From Scyliorhinus canicula (Eukaryota): DNA of 64,000 bases. Made by a program: the position numbers and the translations under genes. Position 1 is the first letter of the stretch. The number at the start of each line of letters is the position of its first letter. Below, piece after piece: positions 23,997 to 35,951 of the stretch. The stretch covers positions 12,069,271 through 12,133,270 of the forward strand of contig NC_052175.1 in the NCBI RefSeq assembly GCF_902713615.1. Direction: 5' to 3'. The notes under the pieces are model-generated. The model ran no database searches. It had not been told where the DNA came from and saw nothing but the letters and a program-made list of their open reading frames with translations.

Positions 23997-25012
23997 AGGC
24001 CTCGTCCAGCTGCGGCAAGGCCTCGTCCAGCTGCGGCAGGGCCTCGTCCAGCTGCCGCAAGGCCTCGTCCAGCTGCGGCAGGGCCTCGTCCAGCTGCCGC
24101 AAGGCCTCGTCCAGCTGCGGCAAGGCCTCGTCCAGCTGCGGCAGGGCCTCGTCCAGCTGCGGCAGGGCCTCGTCCAGCTGCCGCAAGGGCCTCGTCCAGC
24201 TGCCGCAAGGGCCTCGTCCAGCTGCCGCAAGGCCTCGTCCAGCTGCCGCAGGGCCTCGTCCAGCTGCGGCAAGGGCCTCGTCCAGCTGCGGCAGGGCCTC
24301 GTCCAGCTGCGGCAGGGCCTCGTCCAGCTGCCGCAAGGCCTCGTCCAGCTGCGGCAAGGCCTCGTCCAGCTGCGGCAGGGCCTCGTCCAGCTGCGGCAAG
24401 GCCTCGTCCAGCTGCCGCAAGGCCTCGTCCAGCTGCGGCAGGGCCTCGTCCAGCTGCGGCAGGGCCTCGTCCAGCTGCGGCAAGGCCTCGTCCAGCTGCG
24501 GCAGGGCCTCGTCCAGCTGCCGCAAGGCCTCGTCCCAGCTGCCGCAAGGCCCCGTCCAGCTGCCGCAAGGCCTCGTCCAGCTGCGGCAAGGCCTCGTCCA
24601 GCTGCGGCAAGGCCTCGTCCAGCTGCGGCAGGGCCTCGTCCAGCTGCGGCAGGGCCTCGTCCAGCTGCGGCAGGGCCTCGTCCAGCTGCGGCAGGGCCTC
24701 GTCCAGCTGCGGCAGGGCCTCGTCCAGCTGCGGCAGGGCCTCGTCCAGCTGCGGCAGGGCCTCGTCCAGCTGCCGCAGGGCCTCGTCCAGCTGCGGCAGG
24801 GCCTCGTCCAGCTGAGGCAGGGCCTCGTCCAGCTGCCGCAGGGCCTCGTCCAGCTGCCGCTAGGCCTCGTCCAGCTGCCGCTGGGCCTCGTCCAGCTGCG
24901 GCAGGGCCTCGTCCAGCTGCGGCAGGGCCTCGTCCAGCTGCGGCAGGGCCTCGTCCAGCTGCGGCAGGGCCTCGTCCAGCTGCCGCTAGGCCTCGTCCAG
25001 CTGCGGCAAGGC
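23997..25012. repeat. 21-bp GC-rich minisatellite (ggcctcgtccagctgcggcag), ~48 units
   Basis: Direct periodicity; explains the ORFs at 23910-25014. Confidence 0.96.
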
Positions 25013-28000
25013 ACCCTCGCTCCTATACTCTAATCCTCTCGCTATGAGGAGTCGAGGCCCGCAGACGGGAGGGAGACCAGGTTGCATCGAGCCGCCTGAA
25101 GCCTCCCGCCTCGTTAACTGGATCCCCGACGGGGTGGCGTTACTCACTGTTTTCCGATTTTTCAGTTTTTAATTTGGAAAGGGCGAGACCCCATCCCCAG
25201 CGTTGTTTTTTTTTAAAGAAGATAAGGACGAGGCCTTTCCCGCTCCGAGTGAGTGGGTGGGTGAGGGGGATGGAGGGGTACGCATGGAGCCAGGGTTGCC
25301 GCGAAGCCAGCGGTTGATATTCAGAGACGCAAAGACGTCGCGTTTATTTTAAATTATTCGTCACGGAGCGGTGAGCTGTGCCAGATGTCCCCCCCCACCT
25401 CCCCCTTCCCCAGCACGGTGGCACTGCCCCCTCACAGCGCCAGGGAGCCGGGTTCGATTCCGGCCTGTGGTGGGGGGGTGGGGGGGTGACTGCCTGCGTG
25501 CGGAGTCTGCACGTTCTCTCCCCCCCCCCCCCCCCGTGTCTGAGCGGGTTTCCTCCTGGTGCTCCGGTTTCCTCCCACAGTCCAAATGGTGGGCAGGTTA
25601 GGTGGGGGTTACGGGGGGGGGGGGGGGGGGGGGGCCACGGTCGGGTGCTCTTTCGGAGGGTCGGTGCAGACCCGAGGGGCCGAATGGACTCCCCCCCCCC
25701 CCCCCCCTGCACTGCAGGGATGCCGGGAGTCAGAGATTCGGGGTGGGCACTGGCTGCCAGATCATGGCGGGAGCCTGATGGTGCCCTGTTTGTTTGTGCC
25801 AGGCCAGTTGACCACGTCGGGGAGGTGCTCCTGTGTGATCTGGGATCTTTTCGACCCTAAATCAGAGTTGACCGACTCGATAACCTGGGTGGTGGGGGGT
25901 GAGCTAAAGGAACAACAGAAATTTGATCAGGGTCCCATCCCTGCTAATTGATCCAGAGGTGGGATATTGTATCCGTTGGTTAACGGTGAGGGAGTTACCG
26001 GGGGGGGGGGGGGGGGGGGGTGCGGTTGGGAGAGGAACTGTCCAGTGGATGATGCAACCTTAACCGCAGGTGAGGACAAGTCTTGGCTGAGGTGGCGCCC
26101 CATCCGACCTTCTTGCGGTTGAGCATGTCCAGGTTCGGGCAAAGCGATGGTGCGTCCGTTTACAGTTGGCGGGGGGGGGGGGGGGGGGGGGCAAAGGGCA
26201 TTTCTGGAGGAGGCGGGAATGAGGAGCGATGTTGGGACGGACGGATAAATGGCTTGTGCGGGCGAAGAGGAGACGGAAAGCGGTTCGGAACGGGGGCCGG
26301 CGATCCGCTGATGCCACAGGGTCAGGAGGATGGCCAAGGTTTTCCGAAGATTGAAGGGGGGGGGGGCAGGTTTATTGCCCATTCCGAGTCATCCGGTTTA
26401 CCCCCCCCCCCCCCAGCTTCGACCAGGTGACTTCTTCAGGGACGTTACCCATTTTCCCCCTGCCCCCCACCCTGGGCAAGGGAGGTACTGCCGAAAAAAA
26501 TTCTTGGCTGCAGCACACGGCATTCTCCTTCCGATCGTAACGAACGGCCGTCGACAATCCCTGAAGCCGAGGGAGGGGATGTTCTCGGAGGGGAGCTGGT
26601 GAATGCAGGGAACCAGAGCGAGGGAACCAGGCTAACAGTCCAAAGATGTGCGGGTTAGGGTGGATTGGCCGGGCTAAATTGCCCTCGGTGTTGGGCGGGG
26701 TTACTGGGTTATGGGGATAGGGTGGAGGCGTGGGCTTGGGTAGGGTGCTCTTTCCGAGAGCCGGTGCAGGCTCGATGGGCTGAATGGCCTTCTTCTGCAC
26801 TGTTAAGTTCTGTGGTTAAAGACACTCCGTGATTTGGCCACCCCAGCCTTCTGCGGAAAAGAGTTCCACAGATTCGCCACCCTCTGGCTGAAGATTGTCC
26901 CTTTAGTCTGAGATTGTGTCCCCTGGTTCTAGTCTCTCCTACCAGTGGAAACATCCTCTCCCACGTCCACTCCATCCAGTCCTCTCGGTACTCTGTATGT
27001 GAGGTGATTGGCAGAAGAAGCAAAACGACCAGCCGAGGAGAAATCTTTTCAGGCAGCGCGTGGTAGGCCTCTGTTGAATGGTTGAATCGAGTCGTTCAAG
27101 AGAGCTTTAGCTCAGTTGGGTGGTCAGCCGGTTTGTGACGCAGAGCGACGCCACCAGCCCGGGTTTGATTCCCGAACAGGCAGATTTTCCCCGCCCAAGG
27201 CCCTGCCCTCTCAACCCTGCCCCTCGCTTGAGGTGTGCGGTGACCCTCCCGGTTAAATCGCCGCCAGGGGAAGGCAGCCTGTGGTCATCTGGAACAGTGG
27301 TGTCTTCCACGGCCGAAACGGAAACACCTCTGCTCATATTTAAAACTCGAGGAAGAACCCATCTTTTTTTTTCAGACAGACCTGGCTCCTCCTCTTGATC
27401 ACGTCAGGACTGAGGGACAACAATAGCCGCCCAGAATACGGAGCTGTGGGACCAACTGTCTTGTACTTTAAACGATTGTCCCTCCCTTTGATGGTGTGTC
27501 CAGTTGCCGCCTGTGTCCCCCCCCCCCCCCAGAGTTTACAAGAGTGAGGGGTGATTGAAGGCCCGAAACGGTCTCGACAAGGTGGAAGGTCGTTTCCTCT
27601 TGTGGGTGAATCCAAGACGAAGGGAGCTGTAATAACCCTCGGGTGGCCCCCGGGGACAGCCAAATCGGGCTCCCCATGGACTAGTAATCCCAGGTAAAAG
27701 CCGTGGGGACCCGGCTTCGAATCCCACCCCGAGATTCGAATTCAACAACCACCTGGAATTAAAATGTCCAAACGGTGACCACGGAACCAGTGTCGGAAAA
27801 ACCTGTCACTAATGTCCTTCAGCGAGGGGAACTCTGCCGCCCTTAACCTGGTCTGGCCGACTTGTGACTCCAGGCCCAGCAATGGGGTCGACTCTTAACT
27901 GCCCGTTCAAGCGAGGGGCAATAAATAATGGGCCAGACGGCGGCGCCCACATCCCAAGAAGGAATAAATGTGCAAGAAAGCCGGCCCGGACAGAAACCGG

Positions 28001-28377
28001 CAGCCTGGTAGCGTCAACTGCGGACTTATATTTTTTTGTATGCTGTCGAGGCGGCCATTTTCTTTGACGTTGATTAAACCACCATTTTACGCAACTACTT
28101 GGCCTCCTGGGTCTTTATAAGGGCACTGTTTTAAAATTAGGGGTCGCCCACATCGGGCAGCGAGCAGGAGAAATGCTTTCCCTCAGGGAGGGCTGGGCGA
28201 TTGTGACCCGAGAGAAAAATGTGTCAGTTTTGGTTGGTTTTAAACTATAAGGCTGCTGTTATGGTCTCTAGGTGACCGCCCTGCGCCCCACCCGAGTCTG
28301 TGGTCGCCTCGCTGGACCAGTAAATCCGACGAGGCCCAGGCTAGTCGTCCGGCGAGACCAAACGGTTCAAATCGTTT

Positions 28378-28727
28378 GGCAGCACGGGCAGCACTGTGGA
28401 TGGCACAATCGCTTCACAGCTCCAGGGTCCCAGGTTCGATTCCCGGCTTGGGGTCACTGTCTGCGCGGAGTCTGCACGTCCTCCCCCTGTGTGCGTGGGT
28501 TTCCTCCGGGTGCTCCGGTTTCCTCCCACAGTCACAAAGATGTGCGGGTTAGGTGGATTGGCCGTGCTAAATTGTCCCTTAGTGTCCAAAATTGCCCTTA
28601 GTGTTGGGTGGGGTTACTGGGTTATGGGGATAGGGTGGAGGTGTGGACCTTGGGGAGGGTGCTCTTTCCAAGGGCCGGTGCAGACTCGATGGGCCGAATG
28701 GCCTCCTTCTGCACTGTAAATTCTATG
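28378..28727 (+). mobile_element. Near full-length HE1-like V-SINE with CR1-type tail
   Basis: Head, V-domain, a single copy of the 52-bp segment, tail ttctgcactgtaaattctatg. Confidence 0.85.
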
Positions 28728-29451
28728 AAAAAAAGAAATCCCACCCGGGCCTATTTCATTTCGATTTCAAAATCTGGAATGTCGACCGTTTTCTCACAGC
28801 GAGCGGCTGGGGTCTGGGTCATGGAGCCTGGGAGTGTGGGGGGAGGGGGTTCAATCGAGGCTTCAGATGACGTGCAGGGGTTAAGGGGAAAAAGGGCAGA
28901 GGAAATGGCACTGGTCACAAAGGGAGATGCTCGTGTGGCCTCACGCCCCCCCCCCCCCCCCCCCCCCCCCCCGTAACAATTCTGTGAGGGCTCACTGATG
29001 TCCCCTTTAGGGAGGGCAATCTGCCGGCTCAACCCCCGGCCTGGCCTACATAGGACTCCAGACACCCCCGCCCCCCCTCACACACGCAGAGCAATGTAGC
29101 CGACTCTTCACTGCCCCGTCTCTGAAATGGCCCGGCGAGACATTGAGTTCAAAGGGCAATTGGGGATGTCCGACAAACGCTGGGTACGGCCCAGCGAACA
29201 TCCCACGTCCAGTGAGAGATTAAGCCGATTTGCAAAACCCCAGTCATAGTGAAAGCCCCACGGTCAAAGTGTCCCTCGAGTTGGTCGCCCTGATTTGGAG
29301 TGAAAGTAGGGGGGGGGGGGCAGACGAGGCTGGAAAAACTCCAAGGGGATGTATGGAGTGCGAAAGAGAGTTTCAGATGGAAGCATTTTGATGGGTCTAA
29401 CACAGTGGGGAAATATACCGTCAATGGTAAAACTCTTCGGAATGTAGAAAG

Positions 29452-30011
29452 TGTTATGGGCCAGGGTTTAGAGAAACTCCAAAGTGGATCATGGAGATCA
29501 CCTGACTCTCGGCTTTTGCTCGATTGTGGTGTGGGGAGCACACGGCCCACTCTACAGGTGTGGTAGAGCAGAAATGGAAAAGTATTTTTTAAAGCAAAAC
29601 AATGCTTATTCTCTGAACTCAAGTTAACCTTTTAAAACATACTGTGAACATCTTAGCAACCATCAATTTAAATACAACCCACAAAGAATACAACACTCTA
29701 AGTAATCCTTAACATCGATCAGACAAAAACCCTTTTTACAGAAGCACACCAGGTTTAAATTCTCTCTTGAGAGCAGTTATCACTGTGAATTCACCAAATG
29801 ATCGGGAGATAGTCTTTAGATGGCAGAGAGTTCAAAGTGACACCACCTTTGGCTGGCTTCAGCTCCAACACTAAAACGAAACTAAAAAACAGACACACCC
29901 AAGCTTTTCCTCAAAGCGAAACTAAAAAGCAGAGCCAGAGCTCAGCTCCTCCCACACTCTGACAGCCACTTGAGCAGACAAACATTTCTTAAAGTGACAT
30001 TCCCAGAGCAA
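29452..30011 (-). mobile_element. Solo LTR, family A, 4-bp TSD aaag
   Basis: Starts tgttatgggccagg; aaag at 29448-29451 and 30012-30015. Confidence 0.75.
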
Positions 30012-30584
30012 AAAGTCAGCGAGATCTGGGCGTGCAGGTCCACAGATCTTTGAAAGTGGCAACACAAGTGGACAAGGTGGTCAAGAAAGCAGACGGAATG
30101 CTTGCCTTCACTGGACGGGGCATTGAGTATAAAAACTGACAAGTCACGCTGCAGTTGTATAGAACCTCGGTACGGCCGCACTTGGAATATTGCGCACAAT
30201 TCTGGCCGCCACACTACCAGAAGGACGTGGAGGCTTTGGAGAGGGTGCAGAGGAGGTTTCCCAGGATGTTGCCTGGCCTGGAGGGTGTTAGCTATGTGGA
30301 GGGGCTGAATAGACTCGGACTGTTTTCATTAGAAAGACGGAGGTTGAGGGGTGACCTGATAGAGGGCTACAAGATTATGAGGGGCATGGACAGAGTGGAT
30401 GGGCAGGCACTCTTTCCCAGGGTGGAGGGGTCACCAGGGGGCATAGGTTAAAGGTCCGTGGGGCAAAGTTTAGAGGAGATGTGTGAGGCAGGTTTTTACA
30501 CAGAGGGTGGTGAGTGCCTGGAACGCGTTGCCAGGGGGAGGCTGTGGAAGCAGATACATTAACAGCGTTCAAAAGGCATCTTGA

Positions 30585-33469
30585 GTACCGGGTTGCTGCT
30601 GAAACGGTCAGGAAGGAGCTGGAGGACGCAGGGGGTGCTGGAGGGGGGGGGGGGGAGTTGCCACCGTGGGGAACTGGCAGAGCGGGTGACGCTGGCCGGT
30701 GGTGGGCAAGGGATGGGGTATGGGTAATCGGCAGGGGAGGGGGGCAGGGAGCCCTCTGATCCGGCTGATGACCTGGAATGTGAGGGGGCTGAACGGGCCG
30801 GTCAAACAGGCCCGGGTATTTGCGCACCTGAAGGGGCTGAAGGCGGATGTGGCCATGCTCCAGGAGACACACCTGAGAGTGGCGGACCAGGTTCGGCTGA
30901 GGAAGGGGTGGGTGGGCCAAGTATTTCACTCAGGGCTGGATGAGAAGAGTAGGGGGGGTGGCGATCCTGGTGGGGAAGAGGGTGTCATTTGAGGCGTTGA
31001 AGGTGGTGGCTGACAGTGGCGGGAGATACGTGATGGTGAGTGGTAAGCTGCAGGGGGAGCGGGTGGTGTTGGTGAATGTTTACGCCCCAAATTGGGACGA
31101 TGCGGGGTTTATGCGGCGTATGCTGGGCCGCATTCCGGACATGGAGGTGGGGGGGCCTGATCATGGGGGGGGGGGGTACTTCAACAGGGTGCTGGATCCC
31201 CCATTGGATCGATCCAAGTCCCGGACGGGTAGGAGGCCAGCGGCGGCTAAGGTGTTGAGGGGATTTATGGATCAGATGGGAGGGGTGGATCCCTGGAGGT
31301 TTGCAAGGCCAAGGGCCAGGGAATACTCGTTTTTCTCCCACGTACATAAGGCCTATTCGAGGATTGATTTCTTTGTCCTGAGCAGGGGGTTGGTTTCGAG
31401 GGTGGAGGATGTGGAATACTCTGCCATTGCCATTTCAGATCATGCCCCGCACTGGGTGGACCTTGGGCTGGGGGAGGAGAGGGACCAGCGCCCGCTCTGG
31501 CGCATGGAGGTGGGGCTGCTGGCGGACGAGGAGGTGGCCGAGAGGGTTCGGGGGTGTACTGAGAGGTACCTAGAGGCCAATGACAACGGGGAGGTCCGAG
31601 TGGGGATGGTCTGGGAGGCGTTGAAGGCGGTGACTAGAGGGGAGTTGATCTCCATCTGAACCCATAGGGAGAGGGGGGAGCAGAGGGAGAGGGAGAGAAT
31701 GATAGGGGAGATGGTGAGGGTGGATAGGAGATATGCGGAGGCTCCAGAGGAGGGATTGCTGGGGGAGAGGCGTAGCCTTCAGGCCAGATTCGACCTATTG
31801 ACTACCAGAAAGGCGGAAGCCCAGTGGGGGAAAGCACAGGGGGCGGTGTATGAACACGGGGAGAAGGCGAGCAGGGTGCTGGCACACCAGCTCCGAAAGC
31901 GGGACGCGGCCAGGGAGATTGGGGGAGTGACGGATAAAGCTGGGAAGGTGGTGCGGAGGGGGGTAGATGTTAATGGGGTCTTCAGGGACTTCGATGGGGA
32001 ACTGTACCGGTCTGAACCCCCGGTGGAGGGGGGTGGAATGGGGCGCTTCTTGGACAAGCTGCGATTCCCGAGGGTGGAGGAGGAGCAGGTGGGTGCGCCG
32101 ATCGAGCTGGATGAGGTGGTCAAAGGGATAGGGGGCATGCAGTCGGGGAAGGCGCCGGGGCCGGACGGGTTTCCAGCCGAATTTTATAAAAGGTATGTGG
32201 ACCTGTTGGGCCCCCTGTTGGTCCGGACCTTTAACGAGGCAAGGAGGGGGGGCTTTGCCCCCAACTATGTCACGGGCGCTGATTTCCTTGATCCTGAAGC
32301 GGGACAAAGACCCTCTGCAGTGTGGATCATATAGGCCGACGCTAAGCTGCTGGCAAAGATCCTGGCCACAAGAATAGAGGATTGTGTGCCCGGGGTCATT
32401 CATGAGGACCAGACGGGGTTTGTGAAGGGAAGGCAGTTGAATACGAACGTGCGAAGGCTCCTCAATGCCGTTATGATGCCGGCCATGGAAGGGGAGGCGG
32501 AGATAGTGGTGGTATTGGCTGCGGAGAAGGCCTTTGATAGGGTTGAGTGGGGGTATCTGTGGGAGGTGTTGGAAAGGTTTGGGTTTGGGGAGGGGTTTAT
32601 CCGGTGGGTGAGGCTGCTCTACGAGGCCCCGATGGCGAGTGTAGCCACAAATAGGAGGAGGTCGGAGTACTTTCGGCTGTACCGGGGGACGAGACAGGGA
32701 TGCCCCCTGTCCCCCCCTTGCTCTGCGTTGGCAATTGAGCCCCTGGCCATGGCGTTGAGGGAGTCAGGGAACTGGAGGGGCCTGGTGCGGGGTGGGGAGG
32801 AGCATCGAGTGTCACTTTATGCGGACGACCTGTTGCTGTATGTGGTGGACCCGGTGGGGGGGATGCCGGAGGTGATGAGGATTCTTAGTGAATTTGGGGG
32901 TTTCTCTGGGTATAAGCTTAACCTGGGCAAGAGTGAGTTGTTTGTGGTGCACCCGGGGGATCAGGAGGAGGGGATTGGTAGGCTCCCACTGAAGCAGGCA
33001 AGGAAGAGCTTCAGGTACCTAGGGATCCAGATGGCTGGGAGCTGGGGGGCCCTGCACAAGCTCAACCTCACAAGGTTGGTGGAGCAGATGGAGGAGGAGT
33101 TTAAGAGGTGGGATATGTTACCGCTGTCGCTGGCGGGTAGGGCGCAGTCCGTCAAGATGATGGTGCTCCTGAGGTTTTTGTTCCAGTGCCTCCCCATCCT
33201 TATCCCGAACGCCTTTTTCAGGAGGGTCAACAGGAGTATCACGGGATTTGTGTGGGCGCATGGGACTCCGAGGGTGAGAAGGGTGTTCTTGGAACGGGGC
33301 AGGGATAGGGGGGGCTGGCGTTGCCCAACCTCTGTGGGTACTATTGGGCTGCCAACGCAGCGATGGTGCGTAAGTGGGTAATGGACGAGGAAGGGGCAGC
33401 ATGGAAGAGGATGGAGGCGGCGTCATGTGTGGGCAAGAGCTTGGAGGTGCTGGTATTTTAAAAAAAAAT
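30585..33469 (+). mobile_element. L1/Tx1-clade LINE: ORF2 APE endonuclease + RT, frameshifted, lacking the C-terminus, 14-bp TSD
   Basis: MTWNVRGLN, LQETHL, NVYAPN, SRIDF, SDHAP (EN); KAPGPDGF, DQTGFVKGR, EKAFDRVEW, RGTRQGCPLSP, LYADD (RT). TSD aaaaggcatcttga at 30571-30584 and 33470-33483. Confidence 0.92.
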
Positions 33470-33769
33470 AAAAGGCATCTTGACAAACACATGGATAGGA
33501 TGGGGATAGAGGGATACGGCACAAGGAAGGGCTGAGGGTTTGGGCCAAGGGTGGTATCATGGCCGGTACAGGCTGGGAGGGCCAAAGGGCCTGTTCCTGG
33601 GCTGGATTGTTTTTTTGTTCGATGACCTTCAGCTAGAACTGGGGGGGAAGTTGTAATGAGGTGTAACGGCGGCGGAGGGGGTGGGGATCTGTGCGGGATG
33701 GGAAACAAGAGGGACGAAACAGATAGCAAGGCGATGTGGGACACTTTGATGAGGAGGGGGAACAGTTGT

Positions 33770-34340
33770 GAGTTTCACAGCACAGAAAGAGGCCCTTCAG
33801 CCCATCGTGTTTGCGTTGCCCTTCAAACACTTGTCCACTATAGTCACGTTTCGGCGACGGGGTTTCAATGGCTCGTCTAAATGCTTCTGAAATGTTGTGA
33901 GGGTTCGCGCCTCGACCACCCTGTCAGGCAGCGAGTTCCCCATTCGCCCAGCACCCTCTGGGTGAAAAGGGTTTCCCTCAAATCCCCTCCTGCCCCTGAC
34001 CTTAAATCTGTGCCCCCCCTGGTTATTGGCCCCTCAGCTGAGGGGAAAGGTTCCTCCCCATCCACCCTTGTCCCTCGTAATTTTAGTCCACCTCGATCAG
34101 GTCCCCCCCCGCCCCGCCTCACCTCAGTCTTCTCAGCTCTAAAGAAAACATCCTCAGCCTCTCTTCCCAGCTGAAACTCTCCAGCCCCAGGCAGCCTCCT
34201 GGTGAATCTCCCTCCGCAGCCTCTCCAGCCCAATCACATCCTTCCTATAGAGTGGCGACGAGAACTGCACACAGTACTCCAGCTGGGGCCTAACCAGCGT
34301 ATTATACCCAACCTCCCCGCTCTTAGATTCTCAGCCTTGT
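33770..34340 (-). mobile_element. Degenerate CR1 3' fragment
   Basis: RFTRRLPG...FTQRV remnants (ORF 33877-34233). Confidence 0.7.
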
Positions 34341-34374
34341 AGAGGCAAGAGTGGAACCTTCAACGTCAGCCAGG

Positions 34375-35187
34375 CTGTGCGGGCGGTAAGCACCGTGGCC
34401 TCACATCACCAGGGACCCGGGGTCGCTTCCCACCTTGAGTGGAGTCTGCGCGTTCTCCCTATGTCTGCGTGGGTTTCCTCCGGGTGCTCCGGTTTCCTCT
34501 CACAGTCCAAAGATGTGCATGTTGGGCGGATTGGCCGTGCTAAATTGTCCCGTTGTGTCCAAAGATGTGTAGGTTAGGTGGATTGGCCGTGCTAAGTTGC
34601 CCCTTAGTGTCCAAAGATATGCAGGTTAGGTGGATTGGCTGTGCTAAATTGTCCCTTAGTGTCCAAAGATGTGCAGGTTAGGTGGCTTGGCCGTGCTAAA
34701 TTGTCCCTTAGTGTCCAAAGATGTACAGGTTAGGTGGATTGGCCGTGCTAAATTGTCCCTTTGTGTCCAAAGATGTACAGGTTAGGTGGATTGGCCGTGC
34801 TAAATTGCCCCTTAGTGTCCAAAGATGTGCAGGTTAGGTGGATTGGCCGTGCTAAATTGCCCCTTAATGTCCAAAGATGTATAGGTTAGGTGGATTGGCC
34901 ATGCTAAATTGCCCCTTAGTATCCAAAGATGTGCAGGTTAGGTGGATTGGCCGTGCTAAATTGCCCCTTAGTGTCCAAAGACGTGCATGTTGGGTGGATT
35001 GGCCGTGCTAAATTGCCCCTTAGTGTCCAAAGATGTGCAGGTTAGGTGAATTGGCCGTGCTAAATTGTCCCTTATTGTGCAGGTTAGGTGGGGTTACGGG
35101 AGGGGGAGATGGTGGTGGATCTAGATCGGGCGCTCCATCTGAGGGGTGTTGCAGACTTGAGGGGCCGAATGGCCTCCTTCTGCACTG
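34375..35187 (+). repeat. HE1-like V-SINE with 52-bp tandem array (~11 units, 34505-35090)
   Basis: SINE head and V-domain upstream, SINE tail downstream, same unit as the 15751 array. Confidence 0.92.
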
Positions 35188-35329
35188 GAGGGAGTTTGGG
35201 AACATGCTCCCGGCACGGGTGTGGAATGGTTGAGTTGGGGAAGCCGTCAGGCGCCTCGTCTTGTTGAACTCCACCTTCAAAGACCAACTGAGGCCAAAGA
35301 GGCAGAGGCCTTTGTCCCTGACACAGGGA

Positions 35330-35951
35330 GGCGAGACTACAACTCCCAGAACTCATTACGGCCACGCACATGCGCACATGAGCCGGGGCGTGACCGGAAG
35401 CTAAATGATCGGGCGCCCTCCATCCCCGATAGGTCAACGTTCCAGCAGTCGATTGGCCGGCATTTCCGTCAATCATTGGACTAACTCGCTCCTCCCACCC
35501 ACAGCCGCCTTCCGGCCGGGCCCGACGGATCCTCGACGTCGATTGGTCAGACCGTGGGTGAGGGAGTGGGCAGGACTACGGCTGATTGGCTACCCGGGCT
35601 CCCGCCCCCTCCACTGATTGGCGGAGGAGTCCGTCAATCAGATACCGAGCCCCCCCGCCCCCGATTGGCGGAAGAGTCTGTCAATCAGCTCCCGAGCCCC
35701 CTCCACTGTTTGGCGGAGGAGCCCGTCAATCAGCGGCGGGCAGCCCGCCCACTCCACTGATTGGCGGATGAGCCCGTCAATCAGCGGCGGGCAGCCCGCC
35801 CACACCGCTGATTGGCCGACCGCCCTGTCAATCAGTCCCGGGCATGCCCCGCCCTCCACTCAGTCAGTTCGACGGGGGGGCAGGGCGATGGCGGAGGGAC
35901 TTTTAAAACGAAGCGCCGCCGTCCAGTGAGGAGGAGGAGGAGGGGGGCACC
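35330..35951 (+). promoter_or_regulatory. APH1A: APH1A CpG-rich housekeeping promoter / 5' UTR
   Basis: CpG-dense. ZNF143/SBS-like ACTACAACTCCCAGAA (35336-35351), NRF1-like gcacatgcgca (~35367), ETS ccggaag (~35394), many ATTGG (CCAAT) boxes, TGATTGACAG decamers on the minus strand, GC box gccccgccc (~35846), Kozak gcaccATG at 35952. Confidence 0.8.

Larger units (their letters stand above)
29320..33625 (+). mobile_element. CR1 LINE 3' fragment hosting a solo LTR (29452-30011) and an L1 (30585-33469)
   Basis: YRTSVRPHLEYCAQFWPPHYQKDVEALERVQRRF...LRGDLIEGYKIMRG; the CR1 resumes after each insertion. Confidence 0.85.

Noticed and set aside
23910-25014. Coiled-coil-looking (LPQLDEA)n ORFs
   Set aside because: 21-bp array open in several frames on both strands, with frameshifting units and no splice or promoter support.
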